DNA of 64,000 nt from the human T2T-CHM13v2.0 reference genome, Homo sapiens (GCF_009914755.1 NC_060925.1), one strand, 5' to 3'; shown: positions 25,159-40,689, numbered from the stretch's first letter. The notes: generated by a model from the sequence alone, not told the origin. Translations and numbers: made by a program.

Positions 25159-27264
25159 GGGCTGCCATGATCCATTCACCCACTGGGCATTGCAAAACAG
25201 CGGTGTCCTAGTTCTCAATTCATCTCCGTCCATTACCAGATTCACCGTATCTGGAGATGCCTCCTCCCATCCTTTATCCTTCCCACGGTAGCTGTACTTG
25301 AGTTTTATCCAGAACTTGACCTTTTAAGCCATAATTCCCGGCCTTCTGCACCCTTTAATCTCCTCGAGTCTTTGCAGGGACACAGTGGAGTCGTCACTGC
25401 TGTTCTGAGAGGCAGTGCAGCCAGACGCCGCCACTCAAGTCCCGTTTCTGCCACTGGCTCCTTGGGGACCTGGGATGAACCGTGGCCCGGCTCCCTAATC
25501 AACTAAATGCTGGCTCTGCCTCCATAAGGCCCTTCCAGGGGAAAGGAGCAGAGGCTGTGAAGCGCCTGGAACTGTATCTGGCACACACCAGGGCTCACAC
25601 ATGGCCAGTCCCTGTCGTGAGGAAAGTGAGGCACGAAGGGGTTAAGCAGCTTACCCCAGGCCCTGGCCCTCGGCACCAGCACCCTCCAGGACACCTCGTC
25701 CTGAACCTTCTCTGGATCACAGCCCTGGGGCCCATCAGGATCTGTGTCCTGCCAGGTGGGCCTTCTGCTCCCCCACTCCTCACGCTTCCCAGTGACACGC
25801 CAGGGTCTGGGCCCAATTCCTCGACATCACACAATGTGAGTCAGTGGGTGGACCTCACGGGAGGAACGAGAGACAGACACAGGCCTGGGGTCAAGCCATG
25901 GACAGAGGGGTGTGCCGGGCGGGCCTGTGTCCCAGAGGGGAGATGGCACCACCCCTGTCATTCCAACTTTCCACGGGGGCATGGGAGAAATCAGCTTGGT
26001 CATTTTTTTGGCACTAGGCGGTGTCTGGAAATGACAGTTGCCCGCACTTGAGGCCCCGGGCCTGTGAAGTTTTTGGCCCCCTAGCCTGGGAGGAGTCTGT
26101 TTGCTGGGAGAAGGGGAGCCGCTGTCTCAGCTGGCATGGGGTCCAGGGTCATTTGGGGACAGTCCTTCTCATTGCACTCCATGCTTCCCTGGTGATAGAC
26201 GGATGGATTATATAAGGAACTTGCAGAGTCTGAGGGATTAAGAAAAAGTTTGAAGTCATTACAGACACTCTGACAGCGCTGGCTGAGCCATGGATGGGCT
26301 TCCTGATGGGGCCCCTTTGAAGCTGGCCCTCCTGAGGGCTTTTTGCTGGAGAGGCGGACCTCCGGGCCGAGGTGGGGAGCCCACCCAGGTGGATTCATGT
26401 GAGGACCTAACCCCGTGGCCTCCTTCCTCCTTCCCAGGGTCCCTGCCTCCCTGCCCAGCGATGGTCTTAACTCAGGTGCACCCACCCCCACCAGGCAGGT
26501 GCCCCTGCAAATCCTCCCAATGCTTTGCTAAGCAGCGCCCCCGTGCCTGGCCTTGCCTGCCAGTGTGGGCGGGAGAATGACAGGTAACTCCTCCAGCTGT
26601 CAGCACCCAGGAGAAGAACAAGGGATGGGGAGGATTCAGTTCTGAGCCGGTGGGAGGAATGTGGTCTGCTCTTTCAGGGGGGTTTCAGCCACTTGGCAGC
26701 CTCTGTCTGGTTTGTTCTTAATGAAAACTGTCTTCCCAGTGAGCTGCCTGCCTCCAAAGTCCACAGCTTCAAGCCAGGTTCACAGCTGCACTCCCTGGCC
26801 CTGACCCTGGTCCTGGCCCTGGCCGCACCCCTCCCCTGACTGAGGGTGCTCTGTTCTCCCAGATACCCCAGCCAGGGCCAGAGGAGTCCCTTGGCAGTCC
26901 CTCCCTTCCCGGCCCATCAGCAACTCAGCTGCTGCATAAATCATGTCTGTGTGCTTCCTAAAGGGCCTCTCAATCTGCTCCATCCCTCCCTCCAGCCCCG
27001 CCACCCTGGGTGGCCCTCAGCACCTGCTCACTCATCTCCTGACTCATAGTGGTTTGTGCAACATCTCCCTCCAACCAGATGACAAATGCCTTTCTTAGCT
27101 GGGACCATCTGGAGTCCTTTCCTAAGTCCCAACGGCTTGTAACCAGGTGCCACGTACCTCAAAGGTGCTTAATGCTCACCAAACCTAGCTCCATCACTGT
27201 CTCTTTTGGGAAACCTGTCCCAGCCCTCTGGGGAGGTGGGATCTGGCCTGCCACCCTACCTGGG

Positions 27265-27414
27265 CCTGCTTTGGGAGGGAGTGCCCGACGCACAGGTGAC
27301 CCCGGTGCCTTGCTCCTGCTTTGGGAGGGAGTGCCCGACGCACAGGTGACCCCGGTGCCTTGCTCCTGCTTTGGGAGGGAGTGCCTGCCGCACAGGTGAC
27401 CTCGGTACGTTGCT
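27265..27414 (+). repeat. 3 x 50-bp minisatellite
   Basis: cctgctttgggagggagtgcccgacgcacaggtgaccccggtgccttgct at 27265, 27315 and 27365; the first two copies are identical. Confidence 0.95.
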
Positions 27415-28426
27415 GAAGGCTTTTCCTGCCTCCAGGCTTTGGTCTCTTCTGGAGGGCAGGGGTTGATTTTCATTCCTGGTGTCCTTGCCAGGGCCCAGCC
27501 AGGGCCATGTCTCTGCCGGCGCACGGAATGCTGGATGCAGGAATTGGAATTTCCGGGGGAGCTTGGCTCTCTTCTCTGAGGTGGGTGCTGTGATTGGGAG
27601 GTGGAGGCATCTCTGCCTTCTTTCTGTCCCCCCAAGGCTGTTATGTCACATGAGTCCCATATATGGCTTTGCCAGCCCAAAGCCTCCCTTCACTCAGCAG
27701 CAGGTCCACACCCTGCAGCCTTAAGTTTTCCTACCTGGGATGTGGGAGCTGCTTTTGGTCTAGCTCGTCTTTCCTCTGACACAGGGTCATGCAACTGTGG
27801 AGTGGCTCTCCTGTGGCCTGAGTGTCCTCTGTGCAGGCACCGTGGCCAGTGCCTTCCGTGTCTAACGTATCAGTGCATGCCATCCTCATGCAGCCCTGAC
27901 TGGAGGGCTGTTGGCAGCTCCAGGGCACCCTTCACAGAGAACGCTGTGTTGTCCTAATTTTGGAGGTGAATTCGGGCACCGAGAGGACAAGCCACCTGCC
28001 CACAGAGCTAAGAAGTGGTGGGGGAGAGTTTGAAGCCAGGCTTTGTAGGGATCCCGTGTGGCCAGTGTTGACCAATGGTTGGGGGAAAGCTGGAAAAGAA
28101 GTCACTGCATTCATTTCCCCTCATTCCTGCCAAAAGAAATCACCGGCAGCTCAGTGGCTGCAAGCCATACACATCTTTCCTCCCGTGGTCTGCATGTCAG
28201 AAGTCTAAAATGGGTCCTCAGGGGCCTGTTCCTTCTGGAGACTGAGGGACAATCAATTTCCTTCCCTTTTGCAGCTTCTCCAGGCTGCCTGCATGCCCAC
28301 GGCTCCTTCCTCCATCTGCAAAGCCAGCATGCAGCGTCTTCTCTCACACTCTGCCCCCTGCCTCATTCTCAGAAGGACGCTTCGGGACCACATTGGGCCC
28401 ACCCAGACAATCCAGGAAAATCTTCC

Positions 28427-28992
28427 TGCATTAGTCGAAGTTCTCCAAAGAAATAGAACCAACAGAATATATACGTTTATATCTCTATACACCTCTATTA
28501 TCTATCTATCATCTGTCTATCTACCCATCCATCCATCCACCCACCCATCTATCTGTAATTATCTATGTAATCTATCTTATCTATGTATCTATCTATCTGC
28601 CTATCTGTCCATCCATCCAACCATCCTTCCATCCATCCATCCATCTATTCATCCATCCATTCATCCATCCATCTATCAATCATTATCTATGTAATCTATC
28701 TTTATCTATCTAGCTGTCTAATATATCATCTATCATGTATCTAATCAGTCAATCTACTTAATATATCAATTGATCAATTAGTCAATCTAGTCTATCTTAT
28801 CTATGTATATATGTAATGTATCTAATCTATCATCTAGTCAGTCAGTCAATCTATCATCTTTTATCTAATCATCTATCTATCTTATCTATCTACTATCTAG
28901 TCTATCATCTAATCAATCAGTCTACCTATCTATCATCTATCTGTCTGTCATCTATCTAATCAGTCAGTCTATCTATCTATCTATCTACCTGG

Positions 28993-29037
<45 letters not shown>

Positions 29038-29383
29038 CTATCTAATCAATCAATCAGTATTATCTATCTATATCTATCTGGATCTATCTGTCATCTATCT
29101 ATCTAATCAGTCAATCAGTCTATCTATCTATCTGGATCCATCTATCATCTATCTGTCTATCATCTAATCAATCAGTCTATCATCTATCTAATCAGTCAGT
29201 CAGTCTTGTCTGTCTATCTATCTATCTATCTATCTATCTATCATCTATCTGGATCTATCTATCATCTATCTATCTGGATCTATCTATCTATCTAATCAGT
29301 CAGTCTGTCTATCTATCTGGATCCATCTATCATCTATCATCTATCTAATCAATCAGTCTATCATCTATCTAATCAGTCAGTCT

Positions 29384-29441
<58 letters not shown>

Positions 29442-29890
29442 GACATATAAGAGGAGATTTGCTGTGGGAACTGGCCCACATGATGATGGAGGCTGAGAAG
29501 TCCCATGAGCTGCTGTTTGCAAGCTGGAGACCCAGGGAAGCCCGGGTAGTGAGTCCAAGACTCGAAGCCTGAGATCTGTGGGGGCCACTGGCATAAGTCC
29601 CCAAGTCTGAAGGCCTGAGACCAGGAGCTGTGATGTCCTGGGCCAGCGGAAGATGGATGTTTCAGTTCAAGGAGAGAATGGATTCCCCCTTCCTCTGCCT
29701 TTGCGTTCTACTCAGGGCCTCAGGAGATTGGATGCTGCCCACATGGGTGAGGGCAGGTCTTCTGCACTCGGTGCACTGATTCAAAAGCTAATCTCTTCCA
29801 GAAACACCTTCCTACACACACCCAGAAATGAGGCCTTATCAGCTATCTGGGCATCCTTGGCCCAGTTAAGTTGACACACAGAATTAACAT
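28427..29890 (-). mobile_element. MLT2B (ERVL) LTR containing a large TATC expansion
   Basis: ttagtcgaagttctccaaagaaatagaaccaa...ggaggctgagaagtccca...cccagttaagttgacaca. Confidence 0.85.
28495..29441. repeat. ~950-bp complex (TCTA/TCCA/TCAA/TCTG)n microsatellite (GATA on minus strand)
   Basis: Direct reading. Confidence 0.97.
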
Positions 29891-30877
29891 CTTTGGGGTC
29901 ATGATTCAGCTGGCCACAGCCCTGTGAGCTCTGCTTAATAGACATCCAGCATTCTTCCGTGTTCAGAGAGAATAGGGGACCAGGGAGGAGGCACCAGACT
30001 CTGAACCTCTGTGGCAAATGCCAGGCTTGCCTGGGCTAAAGGGCCCAACCTTCCCCACAGCTTCAGGCAAAGTCCTTGCAAACCTGGTGCATTATTCAGC
30101 ATTGTTTGTGGAGGGAGATTAAAATTGCATCTGGCTGTGGAAGCTCCTGCCCCCAACACCTGCCAGTGACAGAAGAGGCTGCTTCACAGAAGGCTCATTA
30201 AATATGAAAACATGATGTTGATTTCTAGCAAACTTAAATTACTTAAGCGGGTGTAAGTGGATAAATATTTCATGCTTCAGTTTATTAAGTTCCCACCAAC
30301 AGTACGTCTGGCTGTACAGCCAGGGACCTCTCTGAATGCCTGTCTGTGGTCTTGGCCAGCAGACCTGAGGGGGAACCCACTCCTGGCTCCCCCAATGGGT
30401 CTGCTGCGCTTTCGGGGTCATGTTTGGGCCCAGCTGCGAGTCACTGGGGTACTAAAGGCTGCCCTCTGGTGCAGTTCCTGGCACAGTGGGTAATACCAAG
30501 AACCAGAGAAAAATACAGTGAGCAGAGAATAACGAGGGAGCAATTGCCTGCTGGTTTTGTTTTTCTTGGTGAGGGAAATTAGAACCACGACAATTTGGGA
30601 ACTTAGCTTCTGCCCTGCTCCTCCTCAGCAGATGTGCGGAAGCTGTAGTGCATGTGGCTGCCAGGCCGTGTGATGGCAGGGGGCGAGCCCACCTGGGCTT
30701 CACTTGTGATGTGCCTGGATCTGCTGGCCTCAGAGGTGCCTGGACAGGGACGCCCATCGCCGGCCCTCCCCAGCCCCTGCTCTGCTAGACCTCCAGATGC
30801 ACCCAGGAAGAGCCGTCTGTGTCCTAAAAACTGTACGCAGGACTGGTACAGCAGGGAGCAAGAAATGGACACACGAG

Positions 30878-32966
30878 CATGAGTTGTGTCCCCCAAATCT
30901 ATGTGTGGAAGGTCCTAACCCCCAGGACCCATGGGCGTGACCTCATTTGGAAACAGCCTTTCAGAGGCAAGCAAGTTAAACGAAGCCATTGGAGTGGGCC
31001 CCAAGCCGGTGGGGTGGGGTCCTTATGTGAGGAGGAGATTTGGAGATACACACAGAACACGAACACACAACACACAACATACACATAACACACACACAAC
31101 ACACACCACACACAATACACACAACACATACACCACACACGCAACACACAACATACAAATACACACAATACACAGCTCACAACACAACACACAACTCACC
31201 ACATACACATCACACACCACACACACCACACACAATACACAAACACAACACATACATCACACACATGCAACACACACAACACACTACACACAATACACAA
31301 AAGAAACACACACCACACACCCCACACACACTACATACACACACCACACACCACACACACAACACACACAACAAACGCAACACGTACACACACCACACAT
31401 GCAACACACAACTACACACAATACACAACTCACATCATACAACTCACCACACACATCACACACCACACAATACACACAACAAACACAACACATACACATA
31501 CCACACACACAGCACACAACAAACACAGTACACGCAGTACACACAAAACACACCATACCACACACAAACACACCACACACGCACCACACATCACATACAC
31601 CACACACGCCACACACATACAACACACAATGAACACACCACACACAATACACACAACAAACACAAGACATACACCACACATGCAACACATGCAACACATG
31701 CAACACACAACACACGAGTACACAAATATACAACTCACACCACACACAACACACCACACCACACACACCACACACATACACACACCAGAAACACCACACA
31801 TACACACCACACACAATACACACACGATACCACACACACTACACACATTCACCACACACACCACACACACCCACACCACACACACCACACACATACACAT
31901 AACACACATCACATGAACACATCACACACACCACACACACCACACACACACACCATACACACACACACAACACACGCAACACACATGCAACACACACAAC
32001 ACACACATACACAGAATACACAACTCACAACATACAACTCACCACACACCACACACACCACACACATACACACACCACACGAACACATCACACACAATAC
32101 ACACAACAAACACAACACATACACCACACATGCAACACACAACACACAACTACACACAATACACAACTCACAACATACACCACACAACTCACCACACACA
32201 CACCACACAACACACACACCACACACAACACACACAACAAACATAACACATACACCACACATATGCAACACACACAATACACTACACACAATGCACACAA
32301 TAAACAATTCACAACACACATCACACACACAACACACATCACACACAACAAACACAGCACATACACACCACACACATCACACAACACACAACAAACACAA
32401 TACACACAAAACACACCACACACACCACACACCACATACAGCACACACACAACACACCACGTACACCACACACACAACACACCACACACACAACACACGA
32501 ACACACCACACACAATACACACGACAAACACAACACATACACCACATATGCAACACACAACACACACATACAATACAAAACTCACAATACAATACACACA
32601 CACAATACACACACAACAAACACACCACACCACACACACCACACAACAAACACCACACACACACCACACACAAACACACCACACACACGCACACACACAC
32701 CTCACACACAGGGAGGGTGCCGGGTGAAGATGGAGGTAGACACCGTGGCGAAGCCTCTGTGAGCCAGGTAGTGCTGCCGTTGCCAGCAGCCCCGGGAGCT
32801 GGAGAGGGGCCCGGGACAGCCTCTCCCTCCTGCCTCAGGAGGTAGCAGCCCTGCACATGCCTGGACCTTGGGCTTCTGGCCTCAGGCCTGGGAGAGGACA
32901 GACTCCTGTTGCTTGAGCCCCCCAGTGTGTGGTGCATTGTTGCAGCAACCCCGGCAGATGGAAACA
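30878..32966 (+). mobile_element. MLT1B/C-like LTR split by a CA-rich expansion
   Basis: ttgtgtcccccaaatctatgtgtggaaggtcctaaccccc...atttggagatac[CA-rich]gggagggtgccgggtgaagatggagg...gcttctggcctc. Confidence 0.8.
31047..32710. repeat. ~1.66-kb degenerate (CA/CACAC/ACAAC)n low-complexity array
   Basis: Nearly G-free + strand with recurring blocks such as accacacacaatacacacaacaaacacaacacatac. Confidence 0.97.
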
Positions 32967-33159
32967 GCTGATTTTGTTCCTTCTGGGAGGAACGGAGGGG
33001 CGGAGGGGATGTGGTGGTTGAGTGTGTAGAGGGCTGGCTGGGATTTGAGCAGCACCTTTGGGTTTGAGAAGCTGAGGCAGGTCCATTGTTCTTCACAGCC
33101 ACTGGGCTGTTGGGTTCTGGGTACCAAACAGTGTCCAAGGTGCTTCAGGGACTCGGACA

Positions 33160-33290
33160 GCCTGAGTGGCACTGCCATTCCCCACTTGACTGGCACAGAG
33201 AGAGGCGGAGATTCACCCAAGGTCACAAAGCCGGCAAAACACAGCTGGGATTTGAACCCAGCCTGCCCAACTCTGGGAGCCCTGCTCTTG
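33160..33290 (-). mobile_element. MIR remnant
   Basis: cacagagagagg...cccaaggtcaca...ctgggatttgaacccag. Confidence 0.65.
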
Positions 33291-33767
33291 TAGGGCACAG
33301 TGGAGAATGTCCCCGAGGGCATTTTCTGTTCCAGGAGGCAGAGGTGACTTGTTAGCCACATGGTCCCGATGGCCGCCAGGCTCTGCAGCCTCAGCTCACC
33401 TGGAGAGTGGTTCAGTGTCCTGTGGCTCTGTGGGCTACACTGGATGCAGGGACCACTCCCTCCTGCCCCAAGGGTGAGGCCACATGGGGACCTCTACCCA
33501 TGCAGGCTGCAATTCCTTCCCCGCAAGAAAGAGGACTAGCAATCACCTTGGTCTCAGAGTCCAGCCCATTTCCAGCCGGGGCCGTTCCATTCTCCTGAGG
33601 TCCCTCTAGCAGCTTCCATCTGTCCATGGAGCTGTCACTGGGTGACTCCCTACGCTCAGCTTCTGCAGAAGCTCCTCCCAGGAATAAGTGGCCTCTCTCT
33701 GCTCCTTCGGCTCCATCTGAAAGCTAGAAACACATTGCTCCTAAAAGAAGCGTTTAGATCAGTCAGT

Positions 33768-34240
33768 TGTTGGGAGACAATTCTCCATGAATATTTCACA
33801 GTTCCACATGGTCAGTCCGGGCCGTCTGAGCAAAGGGCATTGTCAAACTAATAGAGTAGCAAGACATTCACTTACATTCCCGATGAATCAACCTAAAAGC
33901 CTTCCCCTCCCGTGCTCAGAGAGGATTTGTTTGCTTCCAGAGTCGAGATAAGGTCTCTGTATCAGGAGGGGACAGTGGGCAGATAAGCCGGCCACCCTAT
34001 ATAAGCCCCAAGTCTCATAATTTTGGGGCTCCTCTTTGGGGTGAACCCTCTGCACGTGTGGGGAGCAGCCTGGTCTGGCCACATCACTCTGCGGGCATCG
34101 GGGCTGGGGAACTGCTGTTAAGATGCTGCTTTTGCTATGGGTAATAAATGTCTTGTTTCTCTAGCCCAAGGATCTCGTGCCTTTCTGCCCAACGTGCGTG
34201 TAAAACTGGCAAGTTAACAGATTAGCTTGCAAACAGGGTA
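33768..34240 (+). mobile_element. LTR40-like (ERVL) solo LTR
   Basis: Starts tgttgggagacaattctccatg; TATATAA at 33998; AATAAA at 34143. Confidence 0.75.
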
Positions 34241-35199
34241 GCCACTGAAAGAGAAAGACGGGGGTCCTCTGGGCTGGTGAGAACTTGAGAGAGCTCCATG
34301 GAAATTAGTAGCAGATGTATTGGCCAAACCGTATAGTCAGCAGCGGGGTATGGGGGTACGTGGCCCCCGACTTTGTTGTCTGTTAATTAGCAAGGGTTTG
34401 GGAAGTAGATGAACGCTGGATGTTGGGATGTGGGGTTACAACTAGAAGCCTAAATGGCGTATTTGGGGTTTGTTTTCTTCTCCAGTTGGGGGAGAAAAGG
34501 TCTTGGAGTCCCCACAGCTGATACTGGGCTTGGGATGAGGCTGAAAAGATTAGAAGCTCGTTTGTTGGTTGCCTTCTCCTCCAGGTGGGAGGAGAAAGGA
34601 TTAAGTGTTTCCTAAAGCTGTGTCGGGCCAAAAGCTGGGCCACAGACGTCCATGGTTGAGCCGCAGGCATCTGCCATGCCGCTCAAACCTGAAAGTAAGT
34701 CAGTCTCGCACAATGGCACGGAGATGTTTCCTCTGCGTCTCCCTGATTCACTGATGCCCCTCCAGCCTGACCTCAGCTATTGTGAGGGTTAGGGAGGAGA
34801 TCAAGGTCTCTGTTCCCAAGCGGGAACCAAAGGCCCTACACGCTCATCCAAATATCCTGGGGAACTTCAGGGAGGAGAGGGATGCAGATGTTTATAGTTC
34901 TGTTGGATGTGGGCACACAAGTCCCCCTCCTGCATGGTCCCGTGGAGGAACGGGATACTGCCTGCAGGGGTGGCTAAAGGTGCCACGGAAAGTCAGCTGA
35001 AGCTCTGGTGGCATGTGAGGGGCAGGAAGAGCTCTGAGCCAGGACACTCCCTGGATTCTGCGAGGAGCACCGGCAAGGAGGCAGACCCTGGGACGAGGCG
35101 CCAAAGAGGAAAGTATCTCTTGACTGTTCCGTTCCCCTCTCCATCTCCTCTGCCCAGCCTGGAGGTAACGTGGTCTCCTGGAAGCTACAAGTATAACTC

Positions 35200-35513
35200 T
35201 TTTTTTTGTTTTTGTTTTTTATTTTGTTTTGAGACAGAGTCCTGCTCTGTCGCCCAGGCTGAAGTGCAGTGGCGCGATCTCGGCTCACTACAACTTCCGC
35301 CTCCCAGGATCAAGTGATTCTCTCACCTCAGCCTCCTGAGCAGCTGGGATTACAGGCACATACCACCATGCCTGACTAATTTTTTTGTATTTTTAGTAGA
35401 GATGGGGTTTCGCCATGTTGGCCAGGCTGGTCTCAAACCCCTGACCTCAAGCCATTCTCCCACCTCAGCTTCCTAAAATGCTGGGATTACAGGCGTGAGC
35501 CACCATGCCCGGC
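35200..35513 (-). mobile_element. AluS
   Basis: Reverse Alu body with T-rich tail. Confidence 0.95.
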
Positions 35514-35588
35514 CAACTATAGCTCTTGAAGTGCTGAATTTAGTTAATAGGGTTTGAGAGAGAATTGCAGTAAAGAAAAAAAAAAAGA

Positions 35589-35731
35589 GGCCAGGCATAG
35601 TGGCTCACACCTGTAATATCCCAGTGCTTTGGGAGGCCAAGGTGGGAGGATTGCTTGAGGCTTGGAGTTGGAGACCAGCCTGGGCAACACAGCCAGAGGA
35701 AAATCCTGTCTCTCTCTATTAAAAAAAAAAA
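35589..35731 (+). mobile_element. Alu left monomer (FLAM-like)
   Basis: ggccaggcatagtggctcacacc...cctgggcaacacag...A-tail. Confidence 0.85.
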
Positions 35732-35871
35732 AGGAGATAAAAAGGTCTAAGGGACGTTGCACATGCTGCCTTTTGGGCCCATTTACTGTTTCTGCTGCTT
35801 CTGCTACATCAGGAACTGCCGTGGGAGCTGTGTTGTGTTGCGTTATGTGGTTGTCATTTTCCATCTCATAA

Positions 35872-36219
<348 letters not shown>

Positions 36220-36875
36220 CTGGAGAGCTGCATTTCTTTGTGTTTGTCCTGTTTGCAGGGCTCTCAGTTTCTTCAATCTGTAGATTTGTCTTCCACCAAA
36301 TTTAGGAAGCTTCACCAAATACCATTACTTCCTCAAATTTTGCTTCAGCACTGCGTTCTTACTCCTCCCGTCCTGCAACCCCAGAGGACACAAATGTTTG
36401 GCCTTTTTCCGTTTATCATCCCAGGGGCTCCTGAATCTCTGTTTTTTCATGATTATACTCTCTGTTAAGAATTGACAATTCCTATTGATCTAGCTTCAAG
36501 TTCACTGACTCTTTCATTTATATTTTCTGATCTCCTTTTAGCTCATCCAGTAAGTTTTTAAAACAAATTTTCAGTTGCTGTATTTTTCAGTTCTAAAATT
36601 TCCCTTTGGGTCTTCCTCATATCCTCTGTGCTGCCAAGGCTTTCTATTTTTCCTTTTGTGTTAGGGGAGTGTGCCATTGTTGCTGCAGCATTTTTGTAAC
36701 AGTGGCTTTAAAGTATTTGTCAGACAATCCTGACACTCACGTTACCCTTTCATTGGCAATGGTGGTCTTTGTTCGTGTGAATTGAGATTTTCCTGGTTCT
36801 TTGTATGCCGTGTAATTTTGGATTGTATCCTGGACATTTTAAATATTCTGTTATGAGATTCTGAGCTTTCATTAA

Positions 36876-37298
<423 letters not shown>

Positions 37299-38112
37299 CC
37301 TTTGGAGCAGTTTTTAGGTCCATCCCACATGTGCGCCACTGAGTAGTGGGCCTTTGGGCCGAAAGGTGGTTCAGTTCTTGAAGTCTTTGCTGTGCGGTTT
37401 AGGGTCAGATTCATGCCACATGCAGCTTTCAGGGTGGCGATAGGACCAGGAATTTATAGGTAATGTTAGGTGGTTGCTTTCCGAAGCTTCTCCAGCTCTG
37501 CAATCGTCCTGATACACTTTGGCCCACTTTGGTCCTTTGGCCAAAAACCTAGGGCTCTAGTGACCCTGCTCTGACATGCACCTCTGTGAGTGTGTCCTTG
37601 TCTAGTGTCAAACGGTGGAGAAAAGAAAGAGGGAAAAGAGCAATGAGGTTTGCTGTGCTCTCTTGGGATCGCAGATCCACTAATCAGGGAGAAAGCTCTC
37701 CTCCCTTACTGTTTCAGCTCTTGTGGGTTCCTGTTGGGGTCTCTGCCGACACTGTCACAGGGTTTATTGGGGGCTGGAGTGTGAGAATAGAACAAATGTG
37801 GAATTTCCATATTTTCCCTGAGCATTGGGAGGCCTCTTTCATGTTTCTTGAACCAGAATTAGAGGGCTTGCCCTGGAGATTTCTCTGTGCCAGCACCGAC
37901 CTTTGTTTTTCAAACTGCATTGTGTTCAGGCCAGGCGATCCTGGAGAAGAAAATGGTAAATCACCACCAGTTTGGTGGTACTTTGACATCTGGTTTTCTT
38001 TCTCAACCTGCCTGCTGCAATTTACTTTTCAGAGTCCTCCAATAACTGGTCTATGCGTATGTTCAGGTGTCACAGTTGTGTCCAGAGGGAGAGACCGGGT
38101 GGAATGCGCTTA

Positions 38113-38610
<498 letters not shown>

Positions 38611-39089
38611 TAGGTTGGCAATTTTTTGTTCCTTCAGTACTTTAAAGATGTTGATCCACTGTCTTCTTGCTTGAATCATTTCCCCTAAGAAATCGGCTGT
38701 CATTTTAATCTTTGTTTCTCTGTATGCAACATATCTTTTTCCTCAGGCTGCTTTCAGGATATTCTCCTTCTCACTGGGGTTAAGCAGTTTGATTGGGATG
38801 TGCCTATATGTTTCTTGTGTTTGAGGTTCATTGAGCTTCTTGAATTGGTGGGTTTCTGGTTTCTTTCAAATTTGAAACATTTTCAGCCATTATTTCTTCA
38901 AATAGTATTTCTGCTCTGCTCTCCTCCTTTGGAGATTCCAATTACATGTATATTAGGCTGCTTGACATTATTCCCAAACTAATTCTCTGTTAGTTTTTTA
39001 AAATTATTTTTTTCTCTTTGTGTTTTGTTTTGGATACTTTGTATTGCTATGTCCTTATGTTCACTGATCTTTTCTTCTGCAATGTCTAA

Positions 39090-39446
<357 letters not shown>

Positions 39447-39573
39447 CAAAGTTGTAATAACGTTTTAAACGTTCTTGTCTGCCAATTCTAGCATCTATGT
39501 CCATTCTGAGTCAGTTTTGATTGATCTTTCTTCTTCCCATGGGTCATGTTTTCATGCTCCTTTGCATGCGTAG

Positions 39574-39908
<335 letters not shown>

Positions 39909-40689
39909 GACATTGACATTTTATATTGTTGGTTGCTAGATTTTTGCTGTTGTTGTGATCATTTCTAAAGTATTCTTGAGCTTTGTTCGGGGATGCAGTT
40001 AAGTTCCTTGGGAACATTTTGATCTATTCAGAGCTTGTTTTTAAAAATTTCAAATCAGTGTTTGGTCTAGGGATAATTATTTCCATGACGGAGGCAAGAC
40101 CCTTCTGAGTAGTTTACCCGATGCCATGTGAATTCTAAGATTTTCCCGTCTGGCTGGTAGGAGCAGTAACAACCCACCCTGTGTGAACACGGGGAGCTGC
40201 TTCCTCCAGTCTTTTTGGGTGCTTCTTTGCCCAGCCTTGAGTCGTTTCCCTGCCTACATGCACTAATTGTTGCTTTGCTGAGTGCCTGGAGGGGACCCTC
40301 TGCATGTCTCCAGAGCTCTCTGTGCAGCTCTCTCCTGTTGTGTCCTGTGAACCTTCCTGCCTTGGCTTCCCTGGACTCGGCTCTGTCTCCTCCACTCGGG
40401 GAGTCCATTGGTCTCAACCTGGGTTCCCCATCCCTGCACCGCAGCCTGGAAGCTCACCCGATGGGAGAAGCTTGGGGAATGTTAGGGCTCACCTTGCTAG
40501 TTTTCCTCCTCTCAGGAATGTCTGTCCTTTGCTGCCTGGTGTCTCATGGCCTGAAAACCATTGCTTCATACTTTTTTTTGTTGTTGTTTTGGTTGGTTGG
40601 GAGGGTACATCCAATCTCTGTTACTACACTTGGCCAGAAGCATTAGTCTCTGCCTAATCATTTAATCAGGGTGAAAATGTCAGGAAAAT

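Larger units (their letters stand above)
28125..29917 (-). mobile_element. MLT1-like LTR split by a nested MLT2B LTR
   Basis: ttccttctggagactgagggacaatc...cattgggcccacccagacaatccagga; resumes as tttggggtcatgattcagc at ~29892. Confidence 0.65.

Noticed and set aside
31040-32845. 601-aa His/Thr-rich ORF and overlapping Cys/Val-rich ORFs
   Set aside because: Translation of a CA-rich simple repeat with few stop codons, inside an LTR.
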